Notes: generated from the letters alone by a model not told the origin. DNA of 64,000 bases from Octopus sinensis (GCF_006345805.1 NC_043017.1:21204001-21268000), one strand, 5' to 3'. Shown: positions 23,946-36,553, numbered from the stretch's first letter. A program made the numbers and translations.

Positions 23946-24515
23946 TATATGAAAGCCAATTTTTACATCCTATGACTTATAGATTTATATTTGTTTTGAG
24001 AGACTGACAGACACACAGTTAAGGGTAGTTTATGCACCCTCATGTATGACAAGCAAACCCACAGTTTCTGTCTTCTTAATTCACTCATAAGACTTTCATA
24101 GGCCATGAACTATAAAAGGTGAGACTTGCCCAAGGTGCTACATGAATGAATTAAAATCAAAAGATAATTAGAAAAAGAGGAAGAAACAGAGCAGCAGCAG
24201 CAGCAGTAGTGGTAGTAGTAGTAGGAGGAGGAGGAAGAGAGAATTGTGTGTCCTGTGAAACAAGTAGCAATAAATGACAATGGAATTTGTACTGAATCAC
24301 CTCCTAATTCACAGATAAATAAAATGTAAAGAATCGCATGAAAGTGAAATATTTTCACACCTGTAACATCATCAAACAGACAAGTCCCATCTGGTCTTTG
24401 ATATTTCCTTGCTTAAATTATGCATGTCTCTGTGTGTCTGTGTATCTGTGTATCTCTATATGTGTGTATTTTCCTTTGGGATCTAATTTAAATAATTGCT
24501 TTTTTTCCTTTGCAG

Positions 24516-24558
24516 ATTTCAAGCCACTCACTAAGAAAATGTTAAGGCTTCTTTTTCT
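24516..24558 (+). CDS. Candidate 43-nt coding exon of an unidentified gene
   Basis: Branch-like 'ctaat', acceptor 'ttgctttttttcctttgcag|', donor 'TCT|gtaagt'; single open frame (D)FKPLTKKMLRLLF(L), phase 1 to phase 2; contains AAAATG. Confidence 0.5.
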
Positions 24559-24894
24559 GTAAGTAATGAGATCTCTTGGGGTTTCTGGTTGACATCTGCA
24601 TACACACACACACACATTTGTGAACTGTGTGCATATATCAATAAACTTGCACTCGTGAATGTGCAAGTTTATTCACATGTGCCAAGGACATGGTGACCTC
24701 TCTGATGTTGGTGCCACTAGAGACTGTGTACAAGTTTACCTAGTACATTCTGTACAGTGGTTAGAAGTATGAAACCAAAACAGAATAAAAGAATAAAGTA
24801 TTTATAGATATTGGTTAAGACCTGGGACAGCTCTAATAGCCTTAACCATCTGCAGAACCTCTTCTTATGGGTTAAAGCTGAAATTCATACTTAC

Positions 24895-24985
24895 CTAGAT
24901 TTATTGATTACTGCTCAGGTTAAAATCAAAATTCTAAGATATGGTTTGCACTTACCTGGAAAAGAGAAAAAGAAAAGAAATACAT
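24895..24985 (-). promoter_or_regulatory. Candidate recursive splice site (AG|GTAAGT) with a 61-nt non-coding RS-exon
   Basis: Minus strand 'tatttcttttctttttctcttttccag|GTAAGT' (AG at 24957-24956) and a second donor 'TAG|gtaagt' at 24894. Confidence 0.45.
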
Positions 24986-25239
24986 AAGGACTAATTATGA
25001 AAACTTTTAGTTAATGAGTTAATTATAGCAATGTATGTGTGTGTGTGTGTGTGTTACAAAAAATGGGGCAGGAAGGCAAAGATAAATTTATAGGTAAAAA
25101 CGAAAAGACAGTCTGAACCAATGCTAACTTGAAAAAGGAAAACAAAGAGGAAGAAAAAAATATGTAGAAATTAACAAAACACATCCATATACATGTCAGT
25201 ATTTACCTATATATATATATATATAATATATATATATAC

Positions 25240-25298
25240 TCTTTTACTCTTTTACTTGTTTCAGTCATTTGACTGCGGCCATGCTGGAGCACCACCTT
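25240..25298 (-). mobile_element. SINE family A, 3' end only
   Basis: 'cttttactcttttacttgtttcagtcatttgactgcggccatgctggagcacc'. Confidence 0.8.
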
Positions 25299-25311
25299 TA
25301 TATATATATAT

Positions 25312-25531
25312 ATAACAGGAAGCTTTATGAAAATAAACAAAAGACGAAGGCAGGTGGTATACAAACAAACAATTGTATTAGTATGGCGCTCAAGAATATA
25401 AATAAAACAAGTCTTTTACGTTTCGAGCCTACACTCTTCAACAGAAAGATACACAGAAAAGAAACACAGAGAGAAACAAGGAGAGGAAAAAAATGCTTGC
25501 AGAAGCTAGCGAATCAACATGGTGATCATAT
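25312..25531 (-). mobile_element. ~200-bp hammerhead-bearing element (family P1), copy 1
   Basis: Aligns along its length to 43000-43200 and 55358-55560; flanked by (TA)n. Confidence 0.75.
25411..25450 (-). ncRNA. Minimal hammerhead-like motif (CUGUUGA variant)
   Basis: UCUUU-CUGUUGA-A-GAGU-GUAG-GCUC-GAA-ACGU-A|AAAGA. Confidence 0.55.
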
Positions 25532-25653
25532 ATATATATAAATATATAACTTATAATATAAGGGCAAAAGGAAAAATTCTAGTGCCAAATATGCCGAAAA
25601 TAGACAAATTGTCAATAACCATTATAATTTATCACAATTAACATGCGTCTCGA

Positions 25654-25843
25654 AACAAACCGATAGAAATTTCTAAAAAATTCCGTTATTACCATATTGG
25701 TTCCAATTTCAGAGTTAATTCATAAGAATTTTCTCCTCCTCAGCGATAAATACGTAAGACATAAATGAAATACTTACTCATATCCATGGAAAAAGCAAGC
25801 ACTAAGTCCTGTGCTTTTTTTTAGAAATTTCTATCGGTTTGTT
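25654..25843. repeat. Perfect 27-bp inverted repeat enclosing a 136-bp spacer
   Basis: 25654-25680 aacaaaccgatagaaatttctaaaaaa and its exact reverse complement at 25817-25843. Confidence 0.85.
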
Positions 25844-25863
25844 AGATATATATATAGAGAGAG

Positions 25864-26245
25864 AGGTACAAGTGTTGCTATGTAGTTAGACGTTTGTTTC
25901 CCAACCATATCATTCCAAATTCAGTCCCACTGTGGCACCTTGGGCAACTGTATTCGATCTTAGCCCCAGGCAAACCAATTCTATGTGAGCAGATATGATA
26001 GAAACTGAAAGAAGTTTGTCATCCATATATATGTGTGTGTGTTTCTTTGTTTTTGTCCCACCACTACCACCTGACAACTGGCATTGGTTTGTTTATGTCT
26101 TCATAACTTAGCAGCTCAACAAAAGGAGACCAGTAGAATGAATACCAGGCTTAATAGTAAGTAATAGGGTCTATTTGCTTGACTAAACCATTCAAGGCTG
26201 TGCCCCAGCATGGCCGCAGTCTAATAATTGAAACAAGTAATAGAA
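25864..26245 (+). mobile_element. SINE family A, diverged
   Basis: Colinear with A. Confidence 0.75.
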
Positions 26246-26249
26246 AATA

Positions 26250-26268
26250 TATATGTAATGATATAAAT

Positions 26269-26313
<45 letters not shown>

Positions 26314-27520
26314 ACATACGTATATGTACATACTTACATCTGTATGTGTATAAATATATATATGCATATATACATACGTATATGTACATATACGTATGTA
26401 TATATATATATTATTTATATTATTATATGATTAAACGCCACGCATCCTCTTCCAAGTAAGTTTTATATACATACATATATATATATATATATACATATAT
26501 ATACATATATATATATATATATGTACATGTGTGAGTATCCATTATAAAGAAAAATCAGAGCTGATTTATGGAGTTCAGTCAAAGAAATTTCTCATCAGGA
26601 ATAATGGTAACGAATTGGCTTAATTAGATTAAAATAAATGTTTCTTGGAAAAGTGAAATATGTAAATATTTCAATTAAAGCCAACCATTTATATTTCAGA
26701 CAGAAACATTTCTCTTTTGCGTGGGAAGGGGTACGTTTCTCCACTTTGGATCACTAACACATCGTAAATATTTACACATATATACATACACACGTTTACA
26801 TATACATCTAAGCAAATACACACATACAATTGCAAGAACACGAACATGCATAGACATACACACACACATACATGTACACAAACTCATATATATTCATAAA
26901 TATACATGTACAAATACATGCACTTTACATACACTCATTTACAAACAAGCACATCCACACAAACACACACACCCATACTTCTACATACATGCACACACAA
27001 ACAAACACATAAATGTATACATAAAGATACATACACACACACTCCTACACAAGATATATGCATGTACATACACACACAAGATACAAACATGCTTACATAG
27101 ACATGATACACATACACACATGCATACGTACATACACATATAGATACACACACATACACACACAAACAGTAACACACGTGTAGCAATTTATGTGTACTGA
27201 CACATTCACAAACTCACATATTTACACATACATCCATGCACACATTTATGCAAACATGCAAACACACACCCACACTCAAGCATTTACTCAGACATACATA
27301 AACACACACACTGGTGCATATAATAGACACATTAGAAAATCTAACACATACTATACACACACACATTTACTCACACATAACTACACACTCATGGACAATA
27401 TGCACACACACACACTTGTAAACACACATATATATGCACTCACATATATTTGCTCACACATAATCATACCCACAAATGCACTCACTCACACACATTTACT
27501 CAGACATACAAAAATACTGC
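26250..27520. repeat. (TA)n and (CA)n-rich blocks with a short unique gap (~26540-26760)
   Basis: Seen directly. Confidence 0.85.
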
Positions 27521-27548
27521 GCTAACAAAACAAATTGCCAATATATCA

Positions 27549-27954
27549 GGCGCAGGAGTGACTGTGTGGTAAGTAGCTTGTTTACCAACCACATGGTTCT
27601 GGGTTCAGTCCCACTGCGTGGCACCTTGGGCAAGTGTCTTCTACTATAGCTTTGGGCCGACCAAAGCCTTGTGAGTGGATTTGGTAGACGGAAACTGAAA
27701 GAAGCCCGTCGTATATATGTATATATATATATGCGTGTGTGTGTTTGTGTGTCTGTGTTTGTCCCCCTAGCATTGCTTGACAACCGATGCTGGTGTGTTT
27801 ATGTCCCCGTTACTTAGCGGTTCGGCAAAAGATACCGATAGAATAAGTACTGGGCTTACAAAAAGAATAAGTCCTGGGGTCGAGTTGCTCGATTAAGAGG
27901 CGGTGCTCCAGCATGGCCGCGGTCAGATGACTGAAAGAAGTAAAAGAGTAAAAG
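27549..27954 (+). mobile_element. SINE family A, young full-length copy
   Basis: CpG-rich intact copy; possible 7-bp TSD TATATCA (27542-27548 / 27957-27963). Confidence 0.93.
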
Positions 27955-28599
27955 TGTATATCACTTTATATAATTTATTATGCCGGTTGAATATTTTGAT
28001 ATAACCAAACTTTGATACACCACCTCTGCCTATGCCATCCCCATCATCTTTTAATATGTCTTCCATGCTGGGCTGGTGTAGACCTTGGGTGATGCTTCTC
28101 GTGTAATAGTAAATTCATATTTCTCACCCCAACGCTGTGACAGAGAATTAACTGTTTTACCATCAAGCAAACCACAAAGTCATCTCACACATTCAGCATT
28201 CTGAGTTCCCAGTTTTTTATTTAAGAGTTCTTAAAATTCAGTATAATTTACTTATATTCTTCTTTTTCCACATTTTACTTTTTAAGGTTATTTATCTAGT
28301 AGGAGCGGGAAGTAGCAATGTTATGGTCAACTGCCCTTTCATCCATTTTGAGCAAAGTGTTGGTAGTGAGGGCAGTGAAATAGGTTCCTGTTAAGTAATA
28401 TGGGTCAATATAGTCTTTCCCAATAAAATATGTGGTGGTCAAATGCCTAATTTGAAATCTGATTATGATAAATATTTGTGAAAATTAAATTGTTGTTAGG
28501 TTTGATTATTTAATCCTCTCCTGCAACAGAGGTCCTCTAAATAACCTATAATCAAATATGTTACACCAAACACTACTCCCTTATTTTTATAGGACTTTT

Positions 28600-28773
28600 G
28601 CAGGTGTGGCTGTGGGGTAGGAAGCTTGCTTCCCAACCACATGGCTCTGGGTTCAGTCCCACAGCATGGCACCTTGGGCAAGTGTCTTCTGTTATAGCGT
28701 CAGGTTAACCAAAGCTTTGTGAGTGGATTTGGTAGATGGAAACTGAAAGAAACCCACTGTATATATATGTATG

Positions 28774-28804
<31 letters not shown>

Positions 28805-29040
28805 TGTGTGTGCGTGCGTGTGTTTTGTGTCAGTGTTTGTCCTCCACCACTGCTTTACAAGTGTTGTTGGTGTGTTTATGTCCCTGTAACTTAGCAGTTC
28901 GAAAAAAGGGACCAGTAGAATAAGTACTGGGCTTAACAAAAAATAAGTGCTGGGATCACTTCATTGGACTAAAAATTTTTCTAGATGGTGCCCCAGTATG
29001 ACCGCAGTCTAATGCTTGAAACAAGTAAAAGATAAAAGAT
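28600..29040 (+). mobile_element. SINE family A
   Basis: Colinear with A. Confidence 0.85.
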
Positions 29041-29067
29041 CTAAACTATTTTGACTTTTACGACTGA

Positions 29068-29345
29068 AGCACCATCCGATCGTGGCTGTTGCCAGCCTCA
29101 CCTGGCCTCCGTGCCGGTGGCACGTAAAAAGCACCATCTGATCGTGGCCGTATGCCAGCTTCCTCTGGCACATAAAAGCATCCACTACACTCACAGAGTG
29201 GTTGGCGTTAGGAAGGGCATCCAGCTGTAGAAACATTGCCAGATCAGACTGGGCCTCGTGCAGCCTTCTGGCTTCCCAGAACCCAGTTGAACCGTCCAAC
29301 CCATGCTAGCATGGAAAGCAGATGCTAAACGATGATGATGATGAC
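29068..29345 (+). mobile_element. Family C with tandem internal 'gcacgtaaaaagcaccatc.gatcgtggc' units
   Basis: Ends 'cccatgctagcatggaaagcagatgctaaac(gat)n'. Confidence 0.88.
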
Positions 29346-29357
29346 TATTATTATTAT

Positions 29358-29576
29358 GGTGGTGAGCTGGCAGAATTATTAGCACACCAGGCGAAACGCT
29401 TAGCAGTATTTTGCCCATCACTACATTCTGAGTTCAAATTCCGTCGAGGTCGACTTTGCCTTTCAACCTTTCGGGGTCGATAAATTAAGTACCAGTGAAA
29501 CACTGGGGTCGATGTAATTGACTAGTCTCCTCCCCACAAATTTCAGACCTTGTGTCACTTACAGAAGGGATTATCA
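29358..29576 (+). mobile_element. SINE family B
   Basis: Full B head, core and tail. Confidence 0.85.
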
Positions 29577-30187
29577 AAGTATGACATATATCTAAAATAT
29601 GTCTTGTAATTTTTAAAACAAGACTGTGCCCCTTTAATGTCAGGAAACCACCCACCCCTCGTTGCAGTTAATACAAAATTCACATATTTCTTAATACAAA
29701 TAATGATTAAATATTTAAATAACTAAATTAAAGTCCCGATGCCTTTGCGTTCCTGTTGAGATATTCATTTATGAAAAACAACCTTTAGCTTATTCTGACT
29801 CATGGCTACTAATTGATTTGGTTAATTTAAATTTCTAATTAATTTTACCATTTCAACTGGACTATAAATATTGAATACATAAACAAAGTCGGTAACAGCC
29901 ATTGATCATTGATCTGTCCCCTTCCAGCCCTCTCGTCATTTATTTTACATTGTGTCCTTCCTAGCATCCCCTTAATTAAAACCTCCTCCCCCTCTCCATA
30001 TATTCTGCAACATGCCTTCCATTATCTGAAAATGTCTCACCTCCCTCTCCTGCTAAATTTGTCCTCCCATCTCTGTTTCATCTCTTTAATAATTTAAATG
30101 ATTTTTACCGAAACATATTTATTTATGTCTCCAAAGAACTGCCTTGGGGAGGTGAAACATGTTCTAACACAAAGATATTCTCTTATA

Positions 30188-30572
30188 GTGGAGGCGCAAT
30201 GGCCCAGTGGTTAGGGCAGCGGACTCGCGGTCGTAGGATCGCGGTTTCGATTCCCAGACCAGGCGTTGTGAGTGTTTATTGAGCGAAAACACCTAAAGCT
30301 CCACGAGGCTCCGGCAGGGGATGGTGGTGATCCCTGCTGTACTCTTTCACCACAACTTTCTCTCACTCTTACTTCATGTTTCTGTTGTACCTGTATTTCA
30401 AAGGGCTGGCCTTGTCACTCTCTGTGTCACGCTGAATATCCCCGAGAACTACGTTAAGGGTACACGTGTCTGTGGAGTGCTCAGCCACTTACACATTAAT
30501 TTCACGAGCAAGCTGTTGCATTGATCGGATCAACCGGAACCCTCGTCGTTGTAACCGACGGAGTGCTTCAAG
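30188..30572 (+). mobile_element. tRNA-derived SINE, D head + tail X, full length with 11-bp TSD
   Basis: A box TGGCCCAGTGG, B-box-like GGTTTCGATTCC; TSD ATTCTCTTATA at 30177-30187 and 30573-30583. Confidence 0.93.
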
Positions 30573-31021
30573 ATTCTCTTATATATTTATACTCTACAGT
30601 TCCTTTAATAATTCAGGAAAAGTTAGCCATATTTTTGAAGAATAGCTAACACGCACACACACACGCATGCATACATGACACTTCATGTTTGAGGATCTGA
30701 TGAAGTTATATGATGTTAGTCAGACACTCAACTATGAGTCCACTGCATCTTATAGCAGAAACAACAGTAAGTTAATGAAGTGCATAAAATAATCGTTTAT
30801 TCCTTTGTCAAGGTGTAGGAAGTTAGTAAGCTTCAAGCAGTCTGTAGAAGGTATAAAAAACAACTTTCAGGAACAATAATGGTTTATTGATGTAGAAAGT
30901 TGTAAATTTTTCCTATATCGAAGTTTGATAAGCTGAAAAAGTTAGGTTATAGTTCATGGTTAGCAACTGGGATTGCTGTATATGCAAATAAAAATCCAAA
31001 ATTTACGAACTGGAATCGATA

Positions 31022-31110
31022 AAATGTGGAAGCACATGGCCCAGTGGTTAGAGTAGTGAACTCATGGTCGAGGGATCACGGGTTCAAATCTCAGACCGGA
31101 TGATGTGTTA
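31022..31110 (+). mobile_element. D-type SINE head only
   Basis: 'ggaagcacatggcccagtggttagag...gggttcaaatctcagaccgg'. Confidence 0.7.
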
Positions 31111-31228
31111 ATTTTTTTCGATTGAATCGCCTCTGAGTTAACATGAGTAATAACGACTTCTGAGGTTCTGCTAATTATGAAACATATGTCACCTGGATTT
31201 AATTGATTCCATTTCCTAATTTTGGATT

Positions 31229-31887
31229 ATGAGAGAGACTTGGAGATGCCACTATGAAAGGTTGCTAAATGAAGAGAATGAATGGGAGAAGGAGGGTCTA
31301 ACAAATGTCGACCCAACAGAGGGACCAGCTATTCAAATTGACAGTACCTTGGTAGATAAAGCAATTAAGGGTTTGAAGACAGGGAAAGGCCCTGACCCAT
31401 CAGGTATCATTGCTGAGATGCTTAAAATATCTGGAAGTGTAGGCTATAGTCTAATCCCTCATATAGTCAACAAGGTGATACACATAGGAGTCATACCCAA
31501 TGACTGGTGTAGCAGCACTATTGTCAACTGCTACAAAGGTAAAGGTGACACATTAGATAGAACTAATTACAGAGGTATCAAATTGTTGGATCAGGTGATG
31601 AAAGTAACAGACACTAATTAGGGAGAGAGTTAGTCTAGATGAGATGCAGTGTAGGTTTGTGCCAGGTAGAAGCACCATTTAGGCTATATTCCTGGTACAA
31701 CAGCTACAGGAGAAATTCCTAGCCAAAGATAAACCTCTGTATTTGGCTTTTGTTGACATGGAGAAAGCTTTTGACAGGGTACTCCAATCCTTTATCTGGT
31801 GGTCAATGTGGAAACTAGGGATAGATGAGTGGTTGGTGAGAGCTGGACATGCCATGTACAGGGATGCTGTCAGTAAGGTGAGGGTTG
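31229..31887 (+). mobile_element. RTE-clade LINE reverse-transcriptase fragment, degenerate
   Basis: WRCHYERLLNEEN...IPNDW..STIVNCYKGKGD.LDRTNYRGIKLL, then (after a small deletion) DEMQ.RFVPGRST..AIFLVQQLQEK...LYLAFVDMEKAFDRV. Confidence 0.92.
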
Positions 31888-32095
31888 TCACATAAAAAGC
31901 ACCCTTGCTGGTGTTGTGCAAAATGCACCCAGTACACTCAGTAAGGTGGTCAGTGTCAGGAAGGGCATCAAACTATAGAAACTAAGCCAAAATGGACATG
32001 GAGCCTGAACAACCCTTCAGCTGGTCAGTTCCTGTCGAACCGACCAACCCATGCCAGCATGGTAAATGGACATTAATTGATGATGATGATGATGA
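31888..32095 (+). mobile_element. Family C 3' end joined directly to the RT fragment
   Basis: 'cataaaaagcaccc...gtcaggaagggcatc...ccaacccatgccagcatgg...(gat)n'. Confidence 0.8.
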
Positions 32096-32103
32096 AGTAA
32101 TTA

Positions 32104-32343
32104 TTTATACCTATTTCTTTACTACCCACAGGGGCTAAGCACAGAAGGGACAAACAAGGACAGACAAACGGATTAAGTTGATTATATTGACCCCAGTGCG
32201 TAACTGGTACTTATTTAATCGACCCCGAAAGGATGAAAGGCAAAGTCGTCCTCGGCGGAATTTGAACTCAGAACGTAATGGCAGACGAAATACCGCTACG
32301 TATTTCACCTGGTGTGCTAACGTTTCTACCAGCTTGCCACCTT
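32104..32343 (-). mobile_element. SINE family B
   Basis: Reverse complement of a full-length B. Confidence 0.9.
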
Positions 32344-32349
32344 TAATTA

Positions 32350-33340
32350 TTTATACCATAGTTCTCCTAGTGGTTGTTTTTACTGTTGTTGTTGTTGTGG
32401 TAGAGGTGGTAGTAGTGATCTTCGTTTCTGTAGCATTGATTGTTGCTGCCGTCAGGGCTGAAGTTGTAGTTGTGGTGGTGGTGGTAGTTGTTGTTGTTGT
32501 TGTTGCGACAGTATTGGTAACCGCTTAGGTTTTCACTGTATTTTGTTTTTTTGTTTTTTGTTCAGTGTTGGTTGTTGCTGTTGTTGTGGCCAAAGTTGTA
32601 GTAGTTGTTGTTGTAGTTACTGGTTGACATTATTAAAACTCCGATCACGATTTCTCTCGTTCTTCTTGTTCTCGTTGTTGCCTTGATGGCAGATCACGAG
32701 CAGAACAAGTTCATAGAAAGCGAGGATGACAATCAAGATGTGAAGAGGATTAATAACCATCATCAACATCATCGGCAACATTATCATTATAATTATTATT
32801 ATTATTATTATTATTCTCATTGTTGTTGTAATTATCATAGATAACGATGGTTACAATATCAGTAACAATATAAAGAGTGATAATGATCATCATCCTTAGT
32901 ATCATTGTCATCATCATTAAAGCCATCGTCAACACCAACATCATCATCATGTGTCATTGTCGTCTACATCATCATAATCATCACTACATCTATGACCACC
33001 ACCACCACCTTCATCGTCGTCACCACCACCACCACCACCATCATCATCATCAATGCCAATCATCACTAGCATCATCATCAACATCATCAACAACGTCCTT
33101 ATAATCATCATCATCAACATCATCATGTGTCATTGTCATCTAAATCATAATCATCACTACATCCATCGCCACCAACACCACCACCACTACGTCATCATTA
33201 ACATCATCAATGTCCTTATAACCACCACCACCACCACCATCATCATCATCACTACCATCAGCACAATCATCATTAATATCTTCATCAACAACATCAGTGT
33301 CCTTATAATCATCATCATCATCACCATCATCATCATCATT
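32350..33340. repeat. (GTT)n and (CAT/CAC)n low-complexity blocks with a duplicated unit
   Basis: 'catcatcatgtgtcattgtc.tcta...cataatcatcactacatc' occurs at ~32945 and ~33120. Confidence 0.85.
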
Positions 33341-33719
33341 CCTTTTCATATGGAAACTAATTTCTGCTGAGCAAAGTAAAATATAATAACGCGACCCTCC
33401 CATTATGCCTCTTTCTTTTCCACCCACCCTAAATAAAAAAAGTTTTTTTTAATGAACCCCCACCCCCCACCCCACCAAAAAACAAACAAACAACAAAAAT
33501 AAAAACGAAGGAAAAACAAGACAAAAACAAAAGCAGAAACAGCAACAACACCATCAACAACAACGATAATGATAAAAATAATGAAGCTATGCTTGTTTTC
33601 AGTAATTTTATGAAACAAAAGCCATTGTTAAGAGAAATTAATCAATGAAGAGAATCAACAAAAGAGGATTTTGAATAAGGAACACCATTTTGATTTCCAT
33701 TTTTATTGAGATTTACAGA

Positions 33720-34056
33720 GTTTTATTAGTTTTATATAATTTCTGTTTCTCTCTCTCTGACCATCTTCCATACAATTCTACAATCTCTGCTTCTCTCATT
33801 CTACTCCTCACCCATCCCACTATCTCTCTCTCTCTCTGCATCCATCTCTCCTTCTCTCTATCTAGCTCTCTGTCTGTCTGTCTCTCTATCTCTCTCTCTT
33901 TCCCTCTCTCTCCCTCTCTCTTGACCTCTCTTGTTCTGCAATATCATTCTCTGTATGTATGCTTCTCTCTCTCTTTCTCTACCTCATTGTCTCTTTCTCG
34001 CTCTCCCTATTTCACTCTCTATATCTGTCTATATCTTTCTTCTTTCTCTTTCTCCC

Positions 34057-34088
<32 letters not shown>

Positions 34089-34560
34089 CCTTTTTGTCTC
34101 AGTCTTGCTTTATCTCTCTCTCTCTTTTTCTCCCATATCTTTCTCTTTTCATGTATTACTCTCTCTCTTTGTCTCTTTCTCTCCCCTCTCTCTCTCTCTC
34201 TATCAATTGATCCAACTGCCTCCATGTCTCTGACTCTTTCTCTTTTTCCTTCCATATCATTCCCAGTTTTTGTGTGTGCATGTGTGTGTGTGTGTGTGAC
34301 CTGATGGTGGTGGCTGTAGTGATGATTATGATGTAGATGACAATGACCCATGATGATGATAACGATGATGATGATAATGATGATGATGATTATAAGGACA
34401 CTGATGATGATTATGTTCATGATGATGTTAGTGATGATTGGCAGTGATGATGATGGTGGTGGTGGTGGTGGTGGTGGTGATGACGATGATGATGGTGGTG
34501 GTGATGGATGTAGTGATGATTATGATGATGTAGACAACAATGTGTATGTGTGAGAAAGAA
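33720..34560. repeat. (CT)n/(CTAT)n and (GAT)n blocks
   Basis: Seen directly. Confidence 0.85.
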
Positions 34561-34859
34561 TATAGGGAGAGACAAACACACATGTGCATGCACACACACA
34601 CACACACATGCACATGTGTGTGTGTGTGTGCGTGCGCATGTGTGTGTGTCTCTCTCTCCCTATATTCTTTCTCTCTCTTTCTCTCTATTCCCGCATCTCT
34701 TTCTCTCATCCTCTTTTCCCTCCATACCATTCCCTCCTCATGTCATTACCCAAGATCCTCACAGAATCCTTCCATTGCAACATTCCTCAAGATATATCAC
34801 TTATTGTCTGCTGGACAGAAGAGGACAAATATACAATCTACGTTTGTTTATTCATTTTG

Positions 34860-35232
34860 TTTTTGTTTATTTGTTTCAGTCAATTGACTGTGGCCATGCT
34901 CGTGCACCGCCTTCAAGGGCTTCAGTCGAACAAATCGACCCCTGGTACTTATTCTCTTCACCAAACCACTAAGTTACAGGAATGTAAACACATCGATACC
35001 ATTGGTCAAGTGGTGATGGTGGTGGGGCAAACATAGATACAAAGACACATACACACACACACACACACACACATATATACATGACAAGCTTCTTCCAGTT
35101 TCCATCTATCAAATCCACTCACAAGGCTTTGGTTGGCCCGAGGCTATAGTAGATGCCACTTGACCAAGGTGCCTCACAGTGGGACTGAACCCAGAACCAT
35201 TTGGTTGGGAAGCAAGCTTCTTACCACACAAT
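34860..35232 (-). mobile_element. SINE family A
   Basis: Reverse complement colinear with A. Confidence 0.85.
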
Positions 35233-35471
35233 CACATACATACATAAGTATATTATTACGTCTCTCCATTAAGCAATATTACTTAGCCATGTTATCTATA
35301 GAGACAGGCAACTTCAGAATCTAAGCAAGGGGCTTTGCTGCTAAGACTACATAGCAATGGGGAAGATTATCATTTTAATCCATAGCAACCTTGTGTTGAA
35401 GCACTCTAAATACCTGACAGCATAAGTTAATGCCTTTAATGTACATATGCATGTGTACGCATACACAGGTA

Positions 35472-35521
<50 letters not shown>

Positions 35522-35629
35522 CATACACATAGATGTATACATGGGACTTTGCATATCTATATCGTTTTCTTTTAATCTTCCATTCCTTTTTCCCTTTACT
35601 TCTTTCACCATCCCCTGTCTGTCTGTATG

Positions 35630-35665
<36 letters not shown>

Positions 35666-35989
35666 CTTCTCTCTCTCTCCTTCTCTCCCCCCACTCTCTC
35701 TCTCTCTCTTTGTCTTTCTACCCTTTATTTCTCACCCATTCTGTCTATCTGAATCCTTGCATGGGTTTAGGTGAATCTGCATATACAAAAAGCATTTTAA
35801 ACATGTAGGAAAGGTCATGAGGCTAAAACATTTACGTGATGTATATGTGTGTGTGTGTGTGTGTGTGTATGTGTGTGTATGTGTGTGTGAGTGCATGCGT
35901 GTGTGTGTGAGAGAGTGTGTGTGTGAGAGAGTGTGTGTGTGTGTATGTGTGGGTGTTTGCACACACACACACACACACACATACACAGT

Positions 35990-36207
35990 TATGCCAAAAC
36001 TGAGCTCGCCTGTCCTTGTGCCACATAGAAGGCACCAAGTCCACTCTGCTGAGTGATTGGTGTTAGGAAGGGCATCCAGCTCTAAAAACCCTGCCAAAAC
36101 AGTCAAAGAAATTTGGTACAGGCTTCTGCCTGGCCGGCTCCTGTTAAACCATCCCACCCATGCCAGTATGGAAGGCAGGCGTTAAATGATGAGGATCATG
36201 ATGATGA
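35990..36207 (+). mobile_element. Family C, diverged
   Basis: 'ttggtgttaggaagggcatccagc...cccatgccagtatgg..(gat)n'. Confidence 0.75.
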
Positions 36208-36299
36208 ATGTATATAAATATATAGATATGATGTGTATATACATTATGAAAGATATCTGTATGTATTTAAATATATATCAAAATTATATATGTACATAG

Positions 36300-36508
36300 T
36301 TGTGATACCCATGCTGGTGGCACATGAAAAGCACCCACTACACTCACGGAGTGGTTGGCGTTAGGAAGGGCATCCAGCTGTAGAAACACTGCCTGATCAG
36401 ACTGGAGCCTGGTGCAGCCTCCTGGCTTCCCAGACCCCACTCGAACCATCCAACCCATGCTAGCATGGAAAACAGACATTAAGCGATGATGATGATGATG
36501 ATGATGAT
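36300..36508 (+). mobile_element. Family C
   Basis: 'gcacccactacactcacggagtggttggcgttaggaagggcatccagctgtagaaac...(gat)n'. Confidence 0.88.
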
Positions 36509-36520
36509 ACATATACATGC

Positions 36521-36553
<33 letters not shown>

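Noticed and set aside
30188-30262. tRNA-like sequence with A and B boxes (also at 31022, 52420, 52882, 62350)
   Set aside because: No closed acceptor stem, and it continues into SINE bodies with TSDs; these are SINE heads, not tRNA genes.
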